Part shown: one piece after another, positions 1-10,600 of the stretch
Numbering within the stretch: the stretch's first letter is position 1
Layout of the letters: each line of letters starts with the position of its first letter
Source: an uncultured Actinomycetota bacterium
GTDB taxonomy: Bacteria > Actinomycetota > Actinomycetes > Mycobacteriales > Mycobacteriaceae
NCBI GenBank assembly: GCA_963848185.1
Contig: CAWKCR010000022.1
Coordinates: forward strand, 102,019-166,018
Reading direction: 5' to 3'
Length of the DNA stretch: 64,000 bases
Position numbers and translations under genes: made by a program
Notes under the pieces: generated by a model
The model's input: only the letters and a program-made list of their open reading frames with translations
Databases searched by the model: none
What the model was told of the DNA's origin: nothing

Positions 1-62
1 GCCGAAGCGTTGTTGGGCAGCTTGGCGAGAGACACCCAGCACCATACGATCAAACCCCATGG

Positions 63-848
63 CTACACCCACCACGGCGGATAGCTGATGTCGAGTCGTT
101 CGCTCTGTCTGTAGCCAGACCACGTTGGCACGCCCGCCGGTTGCCCCCGATAGATTCCGCGGGCCGCCGCCACCACCCGATCATGCTGGGTAGGCCACTG
201 CATTTCGGAGGCGATCTCCTCCAGTACGTCCCGTCGACGCTCCAGCACCCGGTCGACGAACTTGACGGCCGGCAACGCGCCGCTCTTGTCCCCGTTGCAG
301 CCGTGCGCACCACCGGGTTTCAGTTCGATGGCGTCGCCATGGGCGCGCAGCGTCGACCGAGACACCTGGTCATGCAGGAACGAGTCGTCGTAGAGAAATG
401 GGTCGCTCGTCGACACACCGGGCAGTTTCTGCAGCCGATGCAACGGCTGCTGGGCGAGGCACAACGTGATCTCGTCGATGGCGCGCCGGTATGCCGCCGG
501 GGCGCGCAGCCTGGAGATCTCCACCGACACGCCCGTGCGTCCGACCCCGGCCTCCTCCCGTAGCGCGTTGGTGGCGATGAGGATTCGTGCACGCGGCTGT
601 GTGGACTGGCGCAGCTCGTGTCCGTCGAACGGGCGTACTTGCCGCCAGTAGATCTCCAACACACGATGGGCAAGGTCGGGTATCGGCACCTGCAGCACGT
701 CGTGCGGATGCTCGGGCAAATTCTCGAGGCAGTGCTCGATCAACGCCAGCAACGTGGCCAGCTTGTACGTGGCCGTGCGCAGGCCGGTCTCGAGGATCGC
801 GACAACACGCTGCCCTAGCAGAAGTGGATCGCCCATGTCACCGTCCAT
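63..848 (-). CDS. HNH endonuclease family protein, apparently missing most of its HNH core (probable in-frame deletion)
   Basis: N-terminus 'ILETGLRTATYKLATLLAL' is typical of actinobacterial HNH proteins. Only the 'CNxxK' end of the HNH motif (CNGDKS) is present; there is no CxYC or DH. Confidence 0.6.
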   Translation of the reverse strand: MDGDMGDPLLLGQRVVAILETGLRTATYKLATLLALIEHCLENLPEHPHDVLQVPIPDLAHRVLEIYWRQVRPFDGHELRQSTQPRARILIATNALREEAGVGRTGVSVEISRLRAPAAYRRAIDEITLCLAQQPLHRLQKLPGVSTSDPFLYDDSFLHDQVSRSTLRAHGDAIELKPGGAHGCNGDKSGALPAVKFVDRVLERRRDVLEEIASEMQWPTQHDRVVAAARGIYRGQPAGVPTWSGYRQSERLDISYPPWWV

Positions 849-1142
849 GGCGCAGCCCTGCTGTCAGCATCTTGCGGTAGAACTGCACCACCGCATTATC
901 GCGAGACGGAGGGACAGCGTGGGCAAACTTGTCCGGGACACGGCTGAACAATCCCGTCGACGTTGAGTCGCTCAGTTGTCGCTCAGAGCCGGGCACAAAG
1001 GCGCACTGAGCAGTCTCCTCGCGAGCCAATTTGTCATACCGCTCTTGAAGAACGGCGCTCCGGCCCGTCTTCATAGCCGGCGCCCATGTTCTCATAGCGA
1101 GCACCCAGCGGGCTCATAGCCACGACCGGCACCCTGGAGACC

Positions 1143-2054
1143 ATGAGTGACCGACATCAGCCCCACGAACACGACCTCGGCCTGGCCCACGATCTGAAGG
1201 TGCTCTCACGGCGCCGGATGTTTCACCTGGCCGGTGTCGCGGGCGCCTCGGCGCTGGTGGCGGCATGCGCTGGTGGCACGTCCACGCAGGCGAACGGCGC
1301 GACGTCCACCGCCACCTCGACGGCCGGCGCAGCCGAGGGGGCTGCCTGTACGACGGCGGCACCGGCCGAGACTGCGGGCCCGTATCCCGGTGACGGGTCG
1401 AACGGGCCCAACGTCCTCATCGAGTCCGGCGTCGTCCGCAGCGACATCCGGTCCAGCTTCGGTTCCTACTCCGGTGTGGCACAGGGCGTTCCGACCACGA
1501 TCGAACTGACGTTGCAGGACACCACCAAGAACTGCGCCGCGGGATCGGGTATGGCCGTGTACATCTGGCACTGCGACCGGGCCGGCGATTACTCGCTGTA
1601 CAGCCGCGACGCCGCCGACCAGAACTACCTGCGCGGTGTGCAGGTCGCCGACCAAGACGGTCGGTTGTCCTTCACGTCGATCTTTCCCGCCTGCTACGCC
1701 GGCCGGTGGCCGCACATCCACTTCGAGGTGTTCGATTCGCTCGAAGCGGCCGTCGCCGGCGAGAACGCTCGCTTGACATCGCAAATCGCACTACCAGAGC
1801 AGGCATGCACGGCGGTGTACGGGTATGACACCGGATACGCGACCAGTGTGCAGAACATGTCTCAGGTGACGCTGAGCTCCGACAACGTGTTCGGTGACGG
1901 TTGGGACGCCGAACTTGCAGGCGTCACGGGCGATCCGTCCAGCGGCATGACCATCGCGCTGACAATCGGCGTCGGCGAGAAATCGACCAGCACACCCCCG
2001 AACGGAGGCCGCGGCGGCCCGCCGCCGAACGGAGCCCCGCCCGGTCCGCGCTGA
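1143..2054 (+). CDS. Intradiol ring-cleavage dioxygenase-like Tat-exported lipoprotein
   Basis: SRRRMF twin-arginine motif, lipobox-like LVAAC, ETAGPYP, IWHCD..G.YS, LRGVQ, RWPHIHF; GGAG RBS. Confidence 0.9.
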   Translation: MSDRHQPHEHDLGLAHDLKVLSRRRMFHLAGVAGASALVAACAGGTSTQANGATSTATSTAGAAEGAACTTAAPAETAGPYPGDGSNGPNVLIESGVVRSDIRSSFGSYSGVAQGVPTTIELTLQDTTKNCAAGSGMAVYIWHCDRAGDYSLYSRDAADQNYLRGVQVADQDGRLSFTSIFPACYAGRWPHIHFEVFDSLEAAVAGENARLTSQIALPEQACTAVYGYDTGYATSVQNMSQVTLSSDNVFGDGWDAELAGVTGDPSSGMTIALTIGVGEKSTSTPPNGGRGGPPPNGAPPGPR

Positions 2055-2436
2055 GCGTTAAATCGGCGGCCCGCCTTGCACATTCAGCCGATGACGGTGA
2101 TGCCGCAGTCGTCAGCCAGCTGTTGGACTTCGTCGAATCCGGCGCCCGCGTAGAGGGGCAGCGGCGCATTGTCCGGGTCTGCTTCCAGATCGTCCCCGCG
2201 GTTGACACGATCACTCCACAACATCAACGCCAACGAGTCGTTGAATTGGCGCTTCTCGCCGCTCGATCGGATTCGACGCCGGCGGCCCGGCAGTCTGGCT
2301 CGCCGCCAACTTCGTCCCGGGGCGGCGGTGTAACCCTAGGTGGGGAAAGCTTTCAGCCAAATTTCCTCCACACTTACTGTGACTCAGGCCACTGGCACGC
2401 TACATTGTGTTCGCTGTCACAGCGAAGGGATGGTCG

Positions 2437-2661
2437 ATGGTTGGCGTAAATGACGACCCGATGGGTCTGCCTCAGCCCGCACCGCCGCTCGTCGCTCGTA
2501 GGTCCGTCGACCACCACAGCTGGGTGCTTGGCGCTCTGCTGTTCCTCATCGTCATCGCGGGGGTCGCGGGCGTCGTCGTGGCAACGATGTCCGGTCAGAC
2601 GACGGTCGCCATCATCGTCGCCCTGCTCACCGCTGCGATCGTCGCCGGCTCCACCTGCTGA
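2437..2661 (+). CDS. Small two-TM membrane protein
   Basis: 74 aa with two hydrophobic helices; purine-rich RBS upstream; GC3-rich codons. Confidence 0.65.
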   Translation: MVGVNDDPMGLPQPAPPLVARRSVDHHSWVLGALLFLIVIAGVAGVVVATMSGQTTVAIIVALLTAAIVAGSTC

Positions 2662-2673
2662 CAGTCAGCACGG

Positions 2674-4398
2674 CTATTCGCTGCGGTCGAGGCTTGCCCT
2701 GAGGCGCCTCCCCAACCCACTCGCGCGCACCGCACGGCGCTGCACCGCGGCGCGCACCGACGATTCGGTCCCGACCACACGGACCTTCTCCTTCGCGCGT
2801 GTCACGGCGGTGTAAAACAGCTCTCGCGTCAATAGCCGCGAATCCTCCGGCGGCAGTAGCACCGTGATTTCGTTGGCCTGGCTGCCCTGACTCTTGTGGA
2901 TCGTCATTGCATACATCGTCTCGACGTCGCCCAGACGACTAGTTGCGAGCTCCACCGGGCTCGACACCCCGCCGATGCACGCGCGCAGACCATCCGGGGA
3001 CGCCACCACCACACCCGTGTCGCCGTTGTACACGCCCAACCCGTAGTCGTTCGCCGTCACCAACATCGGCCGCCCGGCATACCACGGCGACCACATCGCC
3101 TGGCCCGTCTCCCCCGTCAGCCACCGCTCCACTTGGCCATTCCAATGCGCAACCCCATACGGTCCCTCCCTATGCGCGCATAACAGCCGGTGCTCTTGGA
3201 GCACCATTAGCGCGATACCGCCCGCGCCCAGTACCGCAGCCTCTCGTACTCGTAACGCATGCTTTAACAACACCTCTCGCAACGGCTCGCCCGGCTGCTC
3301 GGTCTCGATGAACTCGATGTGCTCGTCACCCGCACGGAGCAACTCCAGCGCCCGGTCCGCGTCCCCATTCCGGATCGCCTCCGCCAGCCGGCCGATCGAC
3401 TCGCCGAACCGGTGCGACGTCTTCAACGCCGCCACCCGCATATCCTCCCGCCCCGACATGCCCTCCACCAAGTCCGACAACACCGCGCCCGCCTGAACCG
3501 AGGCCAACTGATCCGGGTCGCCGACCAAAATCAACCGCGTCTCCGGCCGTACCGCCTCCAACAGCCGCGCCATCATCGTCAACGACACCATCGACGTCTC
3601 GTCCACCACGATCACGTCGTGCGGCAACCGGTTTCCCCGGTCATGACGAAACCGTGCCCTGGTGTCCGGCTTCGAGCCCAGCAGCCGGTGCAACGTCACC
3701 GCCCGCAGCTCGCCCAGCCGTGCCCGGTCCACCTCGTCCAGTCGTGCTACCTCTGCCGCCACCGCCTCCTGCAACCGCGCCGCCGCCTTGCCCGTCGGCG
3801 CCGCCAACGCAATCCGTGGACGGTCTTGGGCCTGTGCGATCAGCGCCAGCAGGCGCGCAACCGTCGTCGTCTTGCCTGTCCCCGGCCCGCCCGTCAGCAC
3901 CGTCACCGACTGCGACAGCGACAGCGCAATTTTCGCCGCCTCCCGCTGCTCGGCATACTCCGGCGGGAACAGCCGATCGAGCGCATCCTTCGGGATTGAC
4001 GAGGGCGATGGCGCAGACAATGCGAGCAGGTCGCGAGCCACCTGTTCTTCTTCCCGCCAGTACCGGTCCAGGTACAGCAGTCGGTCCTGGTAGAGGTGAA
4101 GGACCGGGGGAGAGTCGAGCAGCCGGCTCGCCTTAACTGCAGACAGCCATTCGACCGGCGCCGGCCACCGCAACTCCGGAACGTCGACCTCGTCGGCCAC
4201 CGTGCGTAGATCGACACACACCGACCCACCTCGCAGCGCCCGCACCACCAAGGCCACTGCTAATTGGACGGATTCGTTCGCTTCGCCCGCCAGCTTCGTG
4301 ATCCGTTGCGCCACGTGGATGTCAGCTGCATCAAGGATTTCCGCCTCGTTGAACGCCGCGAGCAGACCCGTCGCTCTGCGCACATCCACGACCGTCAC
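2674..4398 (-). CDS. recD: Exodeoxyribonuclease V alpha subunit RecD
   Basis: GGPGTGKT, APTGKAA, VDETSM, GDPDQL, TIHKSQGS, YTAVTRAK; GTG start overlaps the recB stop (GTGA). Confidence 0.96.
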   Translation of the reverse strand: MTVVDVRRATGLLAAFNEAEILDAADIHVAQRITKLAGEANESVQLAVALVVRALRGGSVCVDLRTVADEVDVPELRWPAPVEWLSAVKASRLLDSPPVLHLYQDRLLYLDRYWREEEQVARDLLALSAPSPSSIPKDALDRLFPPEYAEQREAAKIALSLSQSVTVLTGGPGTGKTTTVARLLALIAQAQDRPRIALAAPTGKAAARLQEAVAAEVARLDEVDRARLGELRAVTLHRLLGSKPDTRARFRHDRGNRLPHDVIVVDETSMVSLTMMARLLEAVRPETRLILVGDPDQLASVQAGAVLSDLVEGMSGREDMRVAALKTSHRFGESIGRLAEAIRNGDADRALELLRAGDEHIEFIETEQPGEPLREVLLKHALRVREAAVLGAGGIALMVLQEHRLLCAHREGPYGVAHWNGQVERWLTGETGQAMWSPWYAGRPMLVTANDYGLGVYNGDTGVVVASPDGLRACIGGVSSPVELATSRLGDVETMYAMTIHKSQGSQANEITVLLPPEDSRLLTRELFYTAVTRAKEKVRVVGTESSVRAAVQRRAVRASGLGRRLRASLDRSE

Positions 4399-7300
4399 GC
4401 CGCCGCCCTCCCTCGATCCAGCAGGCCCGACAATTCGGTCACCAGCCGCACCGGCGGTTGCCAGCTGAAAACCCCGCACGGATGGCCATCGATCACCGGC
4501 GTCTCCGCCCCGCACATTCCCCGGACAAAGAGGTACATCACCCCGCCCAGGTGCTGCTTCGGGTCGTAGCCGGGCACTCGCCACCTCAGGTACCGGTGCA
4601 GCACAACCGAATAGAGCAACGCCTGCAGCGGGTAGTCCGAGTGCAGCATCGCCTCCGCCAACCGCGGCGCCGCATAGTCGGCGGCGGTATCGCCCAGCTT
4701 GTTCGTCTTGTAATCCACCACCACAAAACGCTGATCCGGCAACCGCAGCACCACATCGATCGACCCCGACAGGTACCCGCACAACGACTGAGCGCCGATC
4801 ACATCCGCCTGCAACCGATCCGCATACGACGCCAACGGATCATCCGCCCGCAGACGCTTGCCTAGCAGCTTCCCAACCTCGGCCAGCGACGGTTCCGGCG
4901 GGATACCGCGCCTATCCCCACCCGCCAACGGGATCTCGAAGTCCAGCTCCCGCAACCGATCCGGCAGTCCGATCTCCCGCAGCGTCAACCCAGCAGCCAA
5001 CGGGCCCAGCGGCGTGTCGTGCATCGGGACCAACGCCGTGGCCAAGACCGACGGCTCGACGTCCACCGCCCACCACCCCAGCTGATCGCACACATGCGTC
5101 TCCAGCTCATCCGCCAGGTCCGGCGCGAAGGGGTCGGCGTTCTCCAGCACCGCGTGCACCAGCGACCCGAACGCCGCACCCGCCGGCAGGTCGGCCATCG
5201 GCGACACGACGTCCGCGCCGACAGCCGCCGGCGCCGACACCGGCACCGCATCGACCTCGTCGTCACGCGCCGTCACCTCGGGTTCACTGCTGACGGCAGC
5301 GGATTCCGCGCTGCGGATCAGCGCCGAATAGGACGTCCGCCGCCACGCGGTGTCGATCGCCCGGTGGAAGTGCCGAACGTGGAGATCGCTCGGCAGCTCA
5401 CGACTCTCCGGCGCGAATGCCGGTCCCACCAACGCCGGTTCGATCACCGGTCCACCCGCGGCCTCCCACTCGCGGAACCGCGCCAAGGCATCCTCATCCG
5501 ACACTGTGCTCGGCGTGCATCGATGCGGCACCTTCGGATCACCGAAGGGGCGCCGCAGCAGCCGCGACAATCCGCCCGTCGGTTCGTCCCACGCCGGCGC
5601 CCACCACGTGACCACCTGCGACTTGGCCCGGGTCAACGCCACATACGTCAGTCGGATGTCGTTTCGCGCCTCCTCGGCCTTGCTGAGCTCCTCGACCTCG
5701 TCACGGTCCGGGCTGTCGTTGCCGCCGATGTGCAGGCATCGCGTGCCGTCCTCGTCGTGGAACAGCGCGACATCGTCGACGCGGACGTGCCGGTTGAACG
5801 CGAACGGCAGGTACACGATCGGGAACTGCAACCCCTTGCTGCCCCACACCGTCATGATCTGCACCGCCGCAGCGTCGCTGTCCAGCCGGCGGTTGCGCTC
5901 GTCGGGCCCTTCGCGTTCCTCGCGCTGGCGGCGTAGCCAGTCCCGCAGCGCCGGCAGGTTGTATCGCTCGCGGTGGACCACCTCGTGCAACAACTGTCCG
6001 ACGTGCGCCAGGTCGGTCATGTCGCGTTCGCCGCCGCGCCGGCCCAGCACTCGCTCGTCCATCCCGGCCAGCTGCGCCGCCTCGAACACCGCGGCGATCC
6101 CACGCTCGCGCGCCTGGCCGGCCCATTCCCGGATGGTGGCGGTCACCTGGTCGGTCAGCGCGTCACCCCCGGCGGCGAGGTCGTCGGCGGTCTTGCCGAA
6201 GAACATCGTCGCCGCCGCAGCCCGCACGATCCCGCTGCGATGCGGCTGGTCGAACGCCTCGAGCAGGGCAGCCAGTCCGCGGCGGCGTCCGAGTCGAACA
6301 CATCGGTGTCGCCGGTGTAGATCACCGGAATGCCGATGGCGGCCAACGCGTCCCGACAGGGAACCGCATCGTTGCCCGTCTCGACGATCACCGCGATGTC
6401 GCCGGCCGTCACCGGCTCCCCGTCGAACATCGCCCCGCCGGCCAGCAGCGCCGCGATGTCGGCGGCCAGGTCGGCGGCGATGTAGGGCCGCAGCTGCTTG
6501 ATGGCGACGGTGCTGGTCCTGGTCGACGCCGAACGTGTCCCTGCTGACCACTCGCAGCCGGAACGGGTTGTTGTACGGCGCGCCGCTGAGCCGGTGGCCG
6601 GGGTGATGCGCGTCGACCTTGCGGACCACGATCGCCGGCGAGCCGAGCTCCGCGCCGCCCCACACCGCGTGCAGGCTGTCGACGAGCGCCTTGTCACTGC
6701 GCCAGTTGACGCCGAGGGTCTGCCGTCGATCACCGGCGGTGTCCGCGGCCTGCAGGTAGGTGACGATGTCGCCGCCGCGGAACGCGTAGATCGCCTGCTT
6801 CGGGTCGCCGATCAGGATCACCGTCGAATGTCCGCTGAATGCGCAGTCGACGACCTGCCACTGCACCGGGTCGGTGTCCTGGAACTCGTCGACCATCACG
6901 ATCGGCCAGCGCTGCCGCATCCGGTCCCGTGCCGGAGACCGTTCGCCCTCAAGCGCTTTGGCGAGACGGCTTAACAGGTCGTCGTAGCCGAGGATGCCCA
7001 TGCGTCGCTTGCGGTGCTCCAGCTCGTCGACCACCTTCGTCGCGAAGTCGAGCCGCGCGGCCGCCTCCGTGCCCTCGTCCGGGTTCTCGGGACGCAGCTC
7101 CGCGCACGGGTCACCCACGACCGCGCGCGCCAACGCCAGTGCGTCCTTGTACGTCATCGGCGGGTCGTCGCCCTGCTGGCCGAAGTCGGCGAGATAGATG
7201 TCGTCGACTATCTCCACGACAAGGTCGTCGAGGCTCTCCACCAACCTCACCCCGGAGTCCGTATCACCCGCCACACCAAGCGATTTGAGTACGAGGCCGC

Positions 7301-7673
7301 AGAACTCGTGCGTGGTCGCGATCGTCGCGGCGTCGAAACCGGACAGCGCGTCCCGCAGCCGCGCCAGCCGCTGCGACCGCTCGTCGTCGGTGCCCTGCGC
7401 CAGATGCTCCACGAGGTCGGACATCTCGGCGGGCCCTTCCTCCAGCGCGGCGACGGCCTCGACGATCTGGCCGCGCACCCGCTCCCGCAGTTCCCGGCTG
7501 GCCGCGCGGCTGAACGTGATCAGCAGCATCTGGTCCAGCGTGGCGTGGCCCTCGGCGAGGTAGCGCGTGACGAGGCCCGCCAGCGCGAACGTCTTACCTG
7601 TGCCGGCACTGGCCTCCAACACCGTGGTGGTTCCAGGGGTCGGCAGGTCACCCAGGAGATCGAAGCGCTGCAT
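4395..7673 (-). CDS. recB: Exodeoxyribonuclease V beta subunit RecB (contains two compensating frameshifts at ~6520 and ~6270)
   Basis: EASAGTGKT, DEFQDTD, GDPKQAIYAFRG, YVALTRAK, C-terminal nuclease G.ID...DYKT; ATG overlaps the recC stop. Confidence 0.95.
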   Translation of the reverse strand: MQRFDLLGDLPTPGTTTVLEASAGTGKTFALAGLVTRYLAEGHATLDQMLLITFSRAASRELRERVRGQIVEAVAALEEGPAEMSDLVEHLAQGTDDERSQRLARLRDALSGFDAATIATTHEFCGLVLKSLGVAGDTDSGVRLVESLDDLVVEIVDDIYLADFGQQGDDPPMTYKDALALARAVVGDPCAELRPENPDEGTEAAARLDFATKVVDELEHRKRRMGILGYDDLLSRLAKALEGERSPARDRMRQRWPIVMVDEFQDTDPVQWQVVDCAFSGHSTVILIGDPKQAIYAFRGGDIVTYLQAADTAGDRRQTLGVNWRSDKALVDSLHAVWGGAELGSPAIVVRKVDAHHPGHRLSGAPYNNPFRLRVVSRDTFGVDQDQHRRHQAAAALHRRRPGRRHRGAAGRRGDVRRGAGDGRRHRGDRRDGQRCGSLSGRVGRHRHSGDLHRRHRCVRLGRRRGLAALLEAFDQPHRSGIVRAAAATMFFGKTADDLAAGGDALTDQVTATIREWAGQARERGIAAVFEAAQLAGMDERVLGRRGGERDMTDLAHVGQLLHEVVHRERYNLPALRDWLRRQREEREGPDERNRRLDSDAAAVQIMTVWGSKGLQFPIVYLPFAFNRHVRVDDVALFHDEDGTRCLHIGGNDSPDRDEVEELSKAEEARNDIRLTYVALTRAKSQVVTWWAPAWDEPTGGLSRLLRRPFGDPKVPHRCTPSTVSDEDALARFREWEAAGGPVIEPALVGPAFAPESRELPSDLHVRHFHRAIDTAWRRTSYSALIRSAESAAVSSEPEVTARDDEVDAVPVSAPAAVGADVVSPMADLPAGAAFGSLVHAVLENADPFAPDLADELETHVCDQLGWWAVDVEPSVLATALVPMHDTPLGPLAAGLTLREIGLPDRLRELDFEIPLAGGDRRGIPPEPSLAEVGKLLGKRLRADDPLASYADRLQADVIGAQSLCGYLSGSIDVVLRLPDQRFVVVDYKTNKLGDTAADYAAPRLAEAMLHSDYPLQALLYSVVLHRYLRWRVPGYDPKQHLGGVMYLFVRGMCGAETPVIDGHPCGVFSWQPPVRLVTELSGLLDRGRAAA

Positions 7674-10600
7674 CAGCCGAGCCTGAATTCCGCGCCCAGA
7701 ACGGGAAGCCACAGCCGCGCCGCCAATGCCCCCAGCCGGGTGTCCTCGCCGTCGACCGCCTCGTCCGGGCGCGGCCTATCCTTCAGCAGGGCACCGAGTT
7801 TCGAGCCGACGCCCCAGATCTTCTCGTGCGCCCTATCGGCGTTCTCCGGACCCACGCCGTCCTCCCACTGGTTGCGGGCGAACGCGATCGGGTTCCGGTT
7901 GCGGTGCCGCTTTTCGGCCCACCCGAACGAGGCCTTCAGCGGCAGCGGCAAGGGCTCGCGGCGGCCCGCGTCGAAGATCGCGACCAGATCGCGCAAGGTC
8001 GCCATCGGATCCGGCGGCTGCGCGAAGCCCCGGGCCTTGATCTCGCCCTTCTCGCCGCGGCCGATGCATGCGGCGGCGTACTCGTGGCCCGCGGCGCCGA
8101 GCGCGACCAGCGAGACCCATGACTGCAGCACGTGTTTCGGTGCCAGCCGCGAATAGGTCACCGACACCAGGCCGCGGCGATACACCGGGGTGACGGTCCC
8201 CGTCAGGCGCCTGCCGTCGCCGAGGTCGACCTCGAGGTCGTGGGCCGTCGAGGTCTTGCTCTGAAATCGCAGCGCGGCCATCGCCAGCTCGGCGGCTTGC
8301 TCGCTGAGCGCGTCGGCCTTGCGCTCGCCGAGCCGTCCCGGCGGCAGTGTGCCGCGGAGTCGTTGCGCGGTGGTGGCGACTTCGAGGTCGACGCCGCGCA
8401 TGAGGTCGTTGACGAGGCGGTCGCCGATCGACCACTGCTGCAGCGGGTCGATCTCGACGGGCATGGCGTCCTCGACGCCGTCGACCTCCCACGGCAGGGT
8501 GAAGTCCAGTTCGCGGAAGTAGCCCTCTACCGGGTGTTTGAAGAATCTCAGCAGGTCGGCCAATTCGACGTCGCCAGTCGGCAGTTCGCGTAACCGGCCG
8601 GCATGGAACGGCACGCGCTCTGACCGCTCACCGGCCGCCGCCTTGGCGGCGCGCAGCACGATCGGGTCGAACGTGAACGGCTTGTCGACGATCAGCTTCC
8701 CGCGCTCGACGTTCTTGACGTCGAACGGCTGCAACGGATGCTTGACGACGATCTGGTTGCGGATGAGATCCGGCGTCGTCTTTTCCAGTGCGTCGAGTAA
8801 CTCGAGCAGCGGGACTGCGGGCGGCCGGTGGGCGCCGGTGTGCTCGTCGGTGCCGGTGTAGGTGACGACGAGCGTCTCGGTGGCCGCGAGGATCGCGTCG
8901 AGCAGCAGCTGGCGGTCCTCGGAGCGGATGTCGCGCTCACCGGTCATCGGCCGGCGGGCCAGCGCGTCGTCGCCGTCGACCAGGTCCAGCCGAGGGAAGA
9001 CGCCGTCGTCGAGGCCGACCAGGCACACCACCCGGTGCGGGACCGAGCGCATCGGCACCATCGTGCAGACCGTCAGGGTGCCGGTGCGGAAGTTCGCCCT
9101 CGTGGGGCGTCCCGCGAGATGCCCAACCAACAGAGCGCGCACGTCCGTCAGCCGCAGCGCGGTATCCGCTCGAGTTCCCGCCTGCGTCAGCACTTTTGAG
9201 AACTCACGCTGCAGCTGCGCTGTCTGCCACAGATCCGTCGCGCCGACCCGCGTCAGCGTCTCGACACCGTCTCGCAGGGCGTCCAGCCACTCGGTCAGGG
9301 GCCGGGTGCCCGTGAGCCGGTCCGCCACGGAGGTGAGTCGCTCGACGTACTCGGCGAGCCGGCCCGCCACGTCGATGCGGTCGCTGCCGACGTCGTCGAG
9401 CGGCAGCGCGGTGTCGATCCAGGCGTGGGAGTCGTCGGACATCGCGACCCCGGTGAGGATCCGGTCGAGCCCGAACCGCCAGGTGTTCTGCGCGAAGTGA
9501 TCGAGTCGGTACGGCGTCCGATGCTCGGCGTCGAAGCCCCAGCGGATAGCCGACTGACGCACCCACTGCGCGATGGTGTCGAGGTCGTCGTCGGTGAATG
9601 CGAACCGGGCCCGCACCGGCGCGGCCTGCGCGAGGTTGAGCACCTCGCTGGCGGTGGCGCGGGTGTCGGCGGTGTCGAGCAGCTGCGCCGCCACACCGAG
9701 CAGCGGGTTGGTCTGCACCAGCGACCGGTCGGCGAGCCGCACGCGAAGCCGGTGCGCCGGGTGGCGGTAGTCGACCACCTCGCCGAGCCCGAACGCGGCG
9801 ACGATGAGCGGTGCGTAGGTCTCGATGTCCGGGCACATCACCAAGATGTCGCGGGGCTCCAGCGTGGGGTCGTCTTGGAGCAGGCCGAGCAGCACCTCGC
9901 GCAGCACTTCGATCTGGCGGGCGGCCCCGTGGCAGCTGTGCACCTGCACCGACCGGTCGTACGGGGTTCGCAATCGTGAGCCGGGCCGGGCCTCGTTGGC
10001 GGCGATGTCGGACTGCAGCCACCCCAGCAGCGTGTTGGGACGCGTTGCGGCGCCAATGAATTCGTCCGTGTCGCCTTCGGGCAGCGTGCGCTGCAGTTCG
10101 CGGACGTCGCGGCCGAGGGTGTCCAGCAGCGGGTGGCCGGCCTGATAGCGGGTGTTGTCCTCACGGCGCGGCACCCGCTGGTGGACGTCGGTGAGCTTCT
10201 GCCATAGATCGTCGCTGGGATGCGGCAGCCACAGGTGCAGGTCGTGATGGGTCGCGAGCGCGCCGAGCAGTTCGATGTCGGTGGCCGGCAGCCGGGTGTG
10301 GCCGAACAGGGACAGCCGCTCGGGCAGGTCGCTCTTTGTCGCTCGGAGGCGGGTAAGAGTGGTCTGGTGCCGGACGTGCGGCGGGTCGGCGTCGACGCGG
10401 TCGACCAGTGCGCGCCACAGGTACGGCTGCCAATGCAGGTCCTGATCGAGGTCACCCGGGTTCCCGTCGAGCCAGTCGACGAGCATCTGCGGCCGCTGCT
10501 TGGCGTAGGAGGCGAACAGGCCGGCGAGACGGCGTGCGACGGCGTAGCGGCGGCCCCGCCGCAGTTCGGCCTCGTCGGGGTCGGCGTCGAAATGGCCTAA

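Noticed and set aside
2084-2224. Short minus-strand ORF (MLWSDRVNRGDDLEADPDNAPLPLYAG...)
   Set aside because: Looks protein-like but is under 50 aa with no clear start signal; possibly a gene remnant, not identifiable.
4399-4782. N-terminal extension of RecD
   Set aside because: It lies inside recB in another frame; the GTGA overlap at 4395-4398 gives the natural start.
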